DNA from: Monocercomonoides exilis PA203
Lineage: Eukaryota; Protista; Preaxostyla
Length of the DNA stretch: 64,000 bases
Assembly (NCBI GenBank): GCA_001643675.2
Contig: LSRY02000041.1
Coordinates: forward strand, 812,178-876,177
Direction: 5' to 3'
The position numbers were made by a program, and so were the translations under genes. Shown one piece after another: positions 61,750 through 64,000 of this stretch (its first letter is position 1; every line of letters begins with the position of its first letter). The notes under the pieces were generated by a model. The model saw only the letters and a list, made by a program, of their open reading frames with translations, was not told where the DNA came from and did not search any database.

Positions 61750-64000
61750 TCAAAACACACTTGTGTACTCAAACCCTCTGCTCTCGTTTTCTGATTCTGC
61801 CTCAATACCAATTGCATCAGTCATCATCAGGACTGCTGCGCCTTCAGGAAACAATTCCACAAGGATACGCTTCATATTCGCAAGTGACAGTCTATCCCCA
61901 ACATTCGATGACAAACACTGTTTCGCCATCGATTTCAAACGAGATCCCTCAACTTTGCCCAAGTTTGGCCTTTCTCCGTTCACAATCTTCTGCCCTGCCA
62001 CTTCTGCCTCATACTCTCCAAATGGAATCTCCAGTGTCAAACACTCCCACAGCATCATCCCTATCGAAAAAGCAACAGATTCCTTTGTCGCTCCCAATTT
62101 CTTGTTCATCAGCAACTCTGGTGCCTTCCACCTCAGGCACTCCTTTTTGAAGTCATCCTCATCCTCAAAGGCGGATGAAGGAAGAGAGTCACTATCATCA
62201 TCACTGGCAGATGTGACAACAGTTGAAGATGAAATGGATGACGAGTCTGAATCATCATCTGACAATAAGTCAGAGTGCATCACAATACAAATCACCATGT
62301 GTTCGGAGAACAAAACTATGTGAGGACTCATATTGGCAAGTGACTGAAGAGGATTTTCCATTTCATCAAAAGAGTGAATTGCTCCGTTCGCCACCCAGAA
62401 CAGGATCTGAGCAGCTGTTTGTTCTCTTTCCTTCAATGTGCCAATTGCCATCTCTTTTGTCTTATTCCTTCCGTGGAGCAGCATGAACAATGAATCCCTC
62501 ATATCCACAATCAGCTTCTCATGTGGAGATGAACAGGCCATCGCATCCACCAGATTCGACATTGATGATGTGGTTGGGCACAGATCCTCTCCACGAACAA
62601 ATGTTGAATCTGAATCAGTTGTTGAAATGGATGAGATAGATGAAATAGATGGCGATAGTGTTCTCTTCCTTATCCCTTCTTCCTTCTCATCAACCTTCTC
62701 TAGCATCCATTCTGGGATCTTGTCTGAGTCTCTCCCCAAAATATATTCCGTTGAGCCACATTCACTCAACAAATGCTCTGACGACTCGGAATGTCCCAAG
62801 CTTTTCGCATGCACTCTCTTCTTTATCCTCTCTTCATTCTTCTTCTCTGCCTCCTTCTCTGCTCTCCTCCACTGCTCCTCTGGTGACATCTCCATCGTCA
62901 CCATCTCAAACACCTTTGGATCCTTTTTAATTGTATCATCTACTATTTCCTTGTATTTTCTTGCTTCTTCTTTTGCACTTCTCCATCGAATAATTGCAAT
63001 AACAGATACAACAAGAACAATCAAAAGAACAACAGCCAGAATAATCACAACAAAGAACCATGATGATTTCGCTTCATTTTCTTCTTTGACGATGTTCCCA
63101 TCTCCTTTTCCATCGGGCTCGCTTCTGTTCCTCAAAACAGCCATAGAAGTGAATGCTTGAGCATCTAGTCTCCCAAACAAAATTCTCACCGATATTTCTG
63201 CTTCTTCTGGAGCCGAGTCAATGAAGCCTGAATCGATGGTCGAGAAGACATTTGTCTCCGATCCAAATGAATCCTCTTTCAAATCAAATGTTGTGATTGA
63301 CTTTTCATCACCAACAGATATCACCACCTGAAACGAAAGGTTGCACGGAAGAAGCAGCGATCCTTCAAAGACTATCTTTGCTGAATCTTTTTCTTTCTCC
63401 ATTTTTGCTGAATCCAAAATGGGAATGAAAAATGGAGAAATTCGTTCACCTGCCATCCCATCCAATTCGCACCCATCATTCAGAATCCAGAGAGATGTGT
63501 TTGGCAAGATTCCATCTCCCCCTTTCAAGCTGACAACATTCAACATTCCACAATCCGAGCAGATGATGTTCCTTCGAGCCGAAGGATATCCCTCAACAGA
63601 TGGATTATTGTTCTCAAATTCTCCTTTTGTTATGGAAAGAGAGCCATCTGAAACTGATAACCCTCCAGCCGATGAATTCGATATTGTTGTTTCTTTCATT
63701 ATCACAGAACTCTTCGCAATGTGTACAAGAGATCCATTCCACTGACAGATCTCATCAACAACTTCATTCATCTCTGAGACTGAAATCAGATTTCCTTCAA
63801 ACTTACACGAATCAATCAATACGTTGTTGGCCGACAATATTGCCACTTGACTTCATTTCATGGAATCTGAAATACACTTATCAAGTGAGCAGTTAAACAT
63901 TTCAAAAGCTGATGCAGTTTGATATGACCTAACAACACAAGGACCAGAAGAAGATTGAATGATGTTTGCAAACATCATTCAATCTTCTTCTGGTCTGTGT
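61750..64000 (-). CDS. Receptor-like membrane protein with degenerate (pseudo) TKL-type kinase C-lobe; 5'-partial, upstream in-frame TGAs (possible pseudogene)
   Basis: Ectodomain module, then TM (WFFVVIILAVVLLIVLVVSVIAII-RWR), then RWKAPE..SVAFSIGMMLWECLTLEIPF..GERP..C...DR (kinase subdomains VIII-XI). There is no GxGxxG, VAIK, HRD or DFG. The same frame continues to the window end but has TGA at 63855-63853 and 63981-63979. Confidence 0.8.

Overview
AT-rich, intron-containing eukaryotic DNA. It is most consistent with an oxymonad (Monocercomonoides-like; inferred from GTTTG-type donors, Ser/Glu microsatellite-rich ORFs, an occluding-loop-less cathepsin B and Pmp-like surface/pseudokinase families). 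Host genes: a 5'-partial Glu-rich CDS; a 3-exon FAD-dependent oxidoreductase whose first intron is almost entirely a 3.1-kb (TTTTC)n tract; a 4349-aa intronless Ser-rich secreted protein; a 3-exon Yif1-like gene; two helical/ARM-like genes; cathepsin B; a frameshifted type-I membrane protein; a ~9-kb hypothetical gene; and a 5'-disrupted receptor-like pseudokinase. Mobile DNA is abundant. The highlight is a structurally complete 4.6-kb DIRS-type tyrosine-recombinase retrotransposon (36657-41254). Its inverted termini, internal complementary region (ICR) and TTA crossover triplet can be read directly from the sequence, and its recombinase carries Y-S-I-K in place of H-x-x-R. Also present: a TE nest (pogo-like remnant with MITEs, next to a Merlin/ISXO2 element), several GGG..CCC MITE families with 4-bp target duplications, a TA-CAC..GTG-TA foldback element with tandem-repeat arms, and a perfect 193-bp-arm palindromic element. 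Most ORFs in the six-frame track are antisense or off-frame shadows of low-complexity sequence. No rRNA, tRNA or CRISPR array was recognised. All alignments were done by eye and no database search was run.
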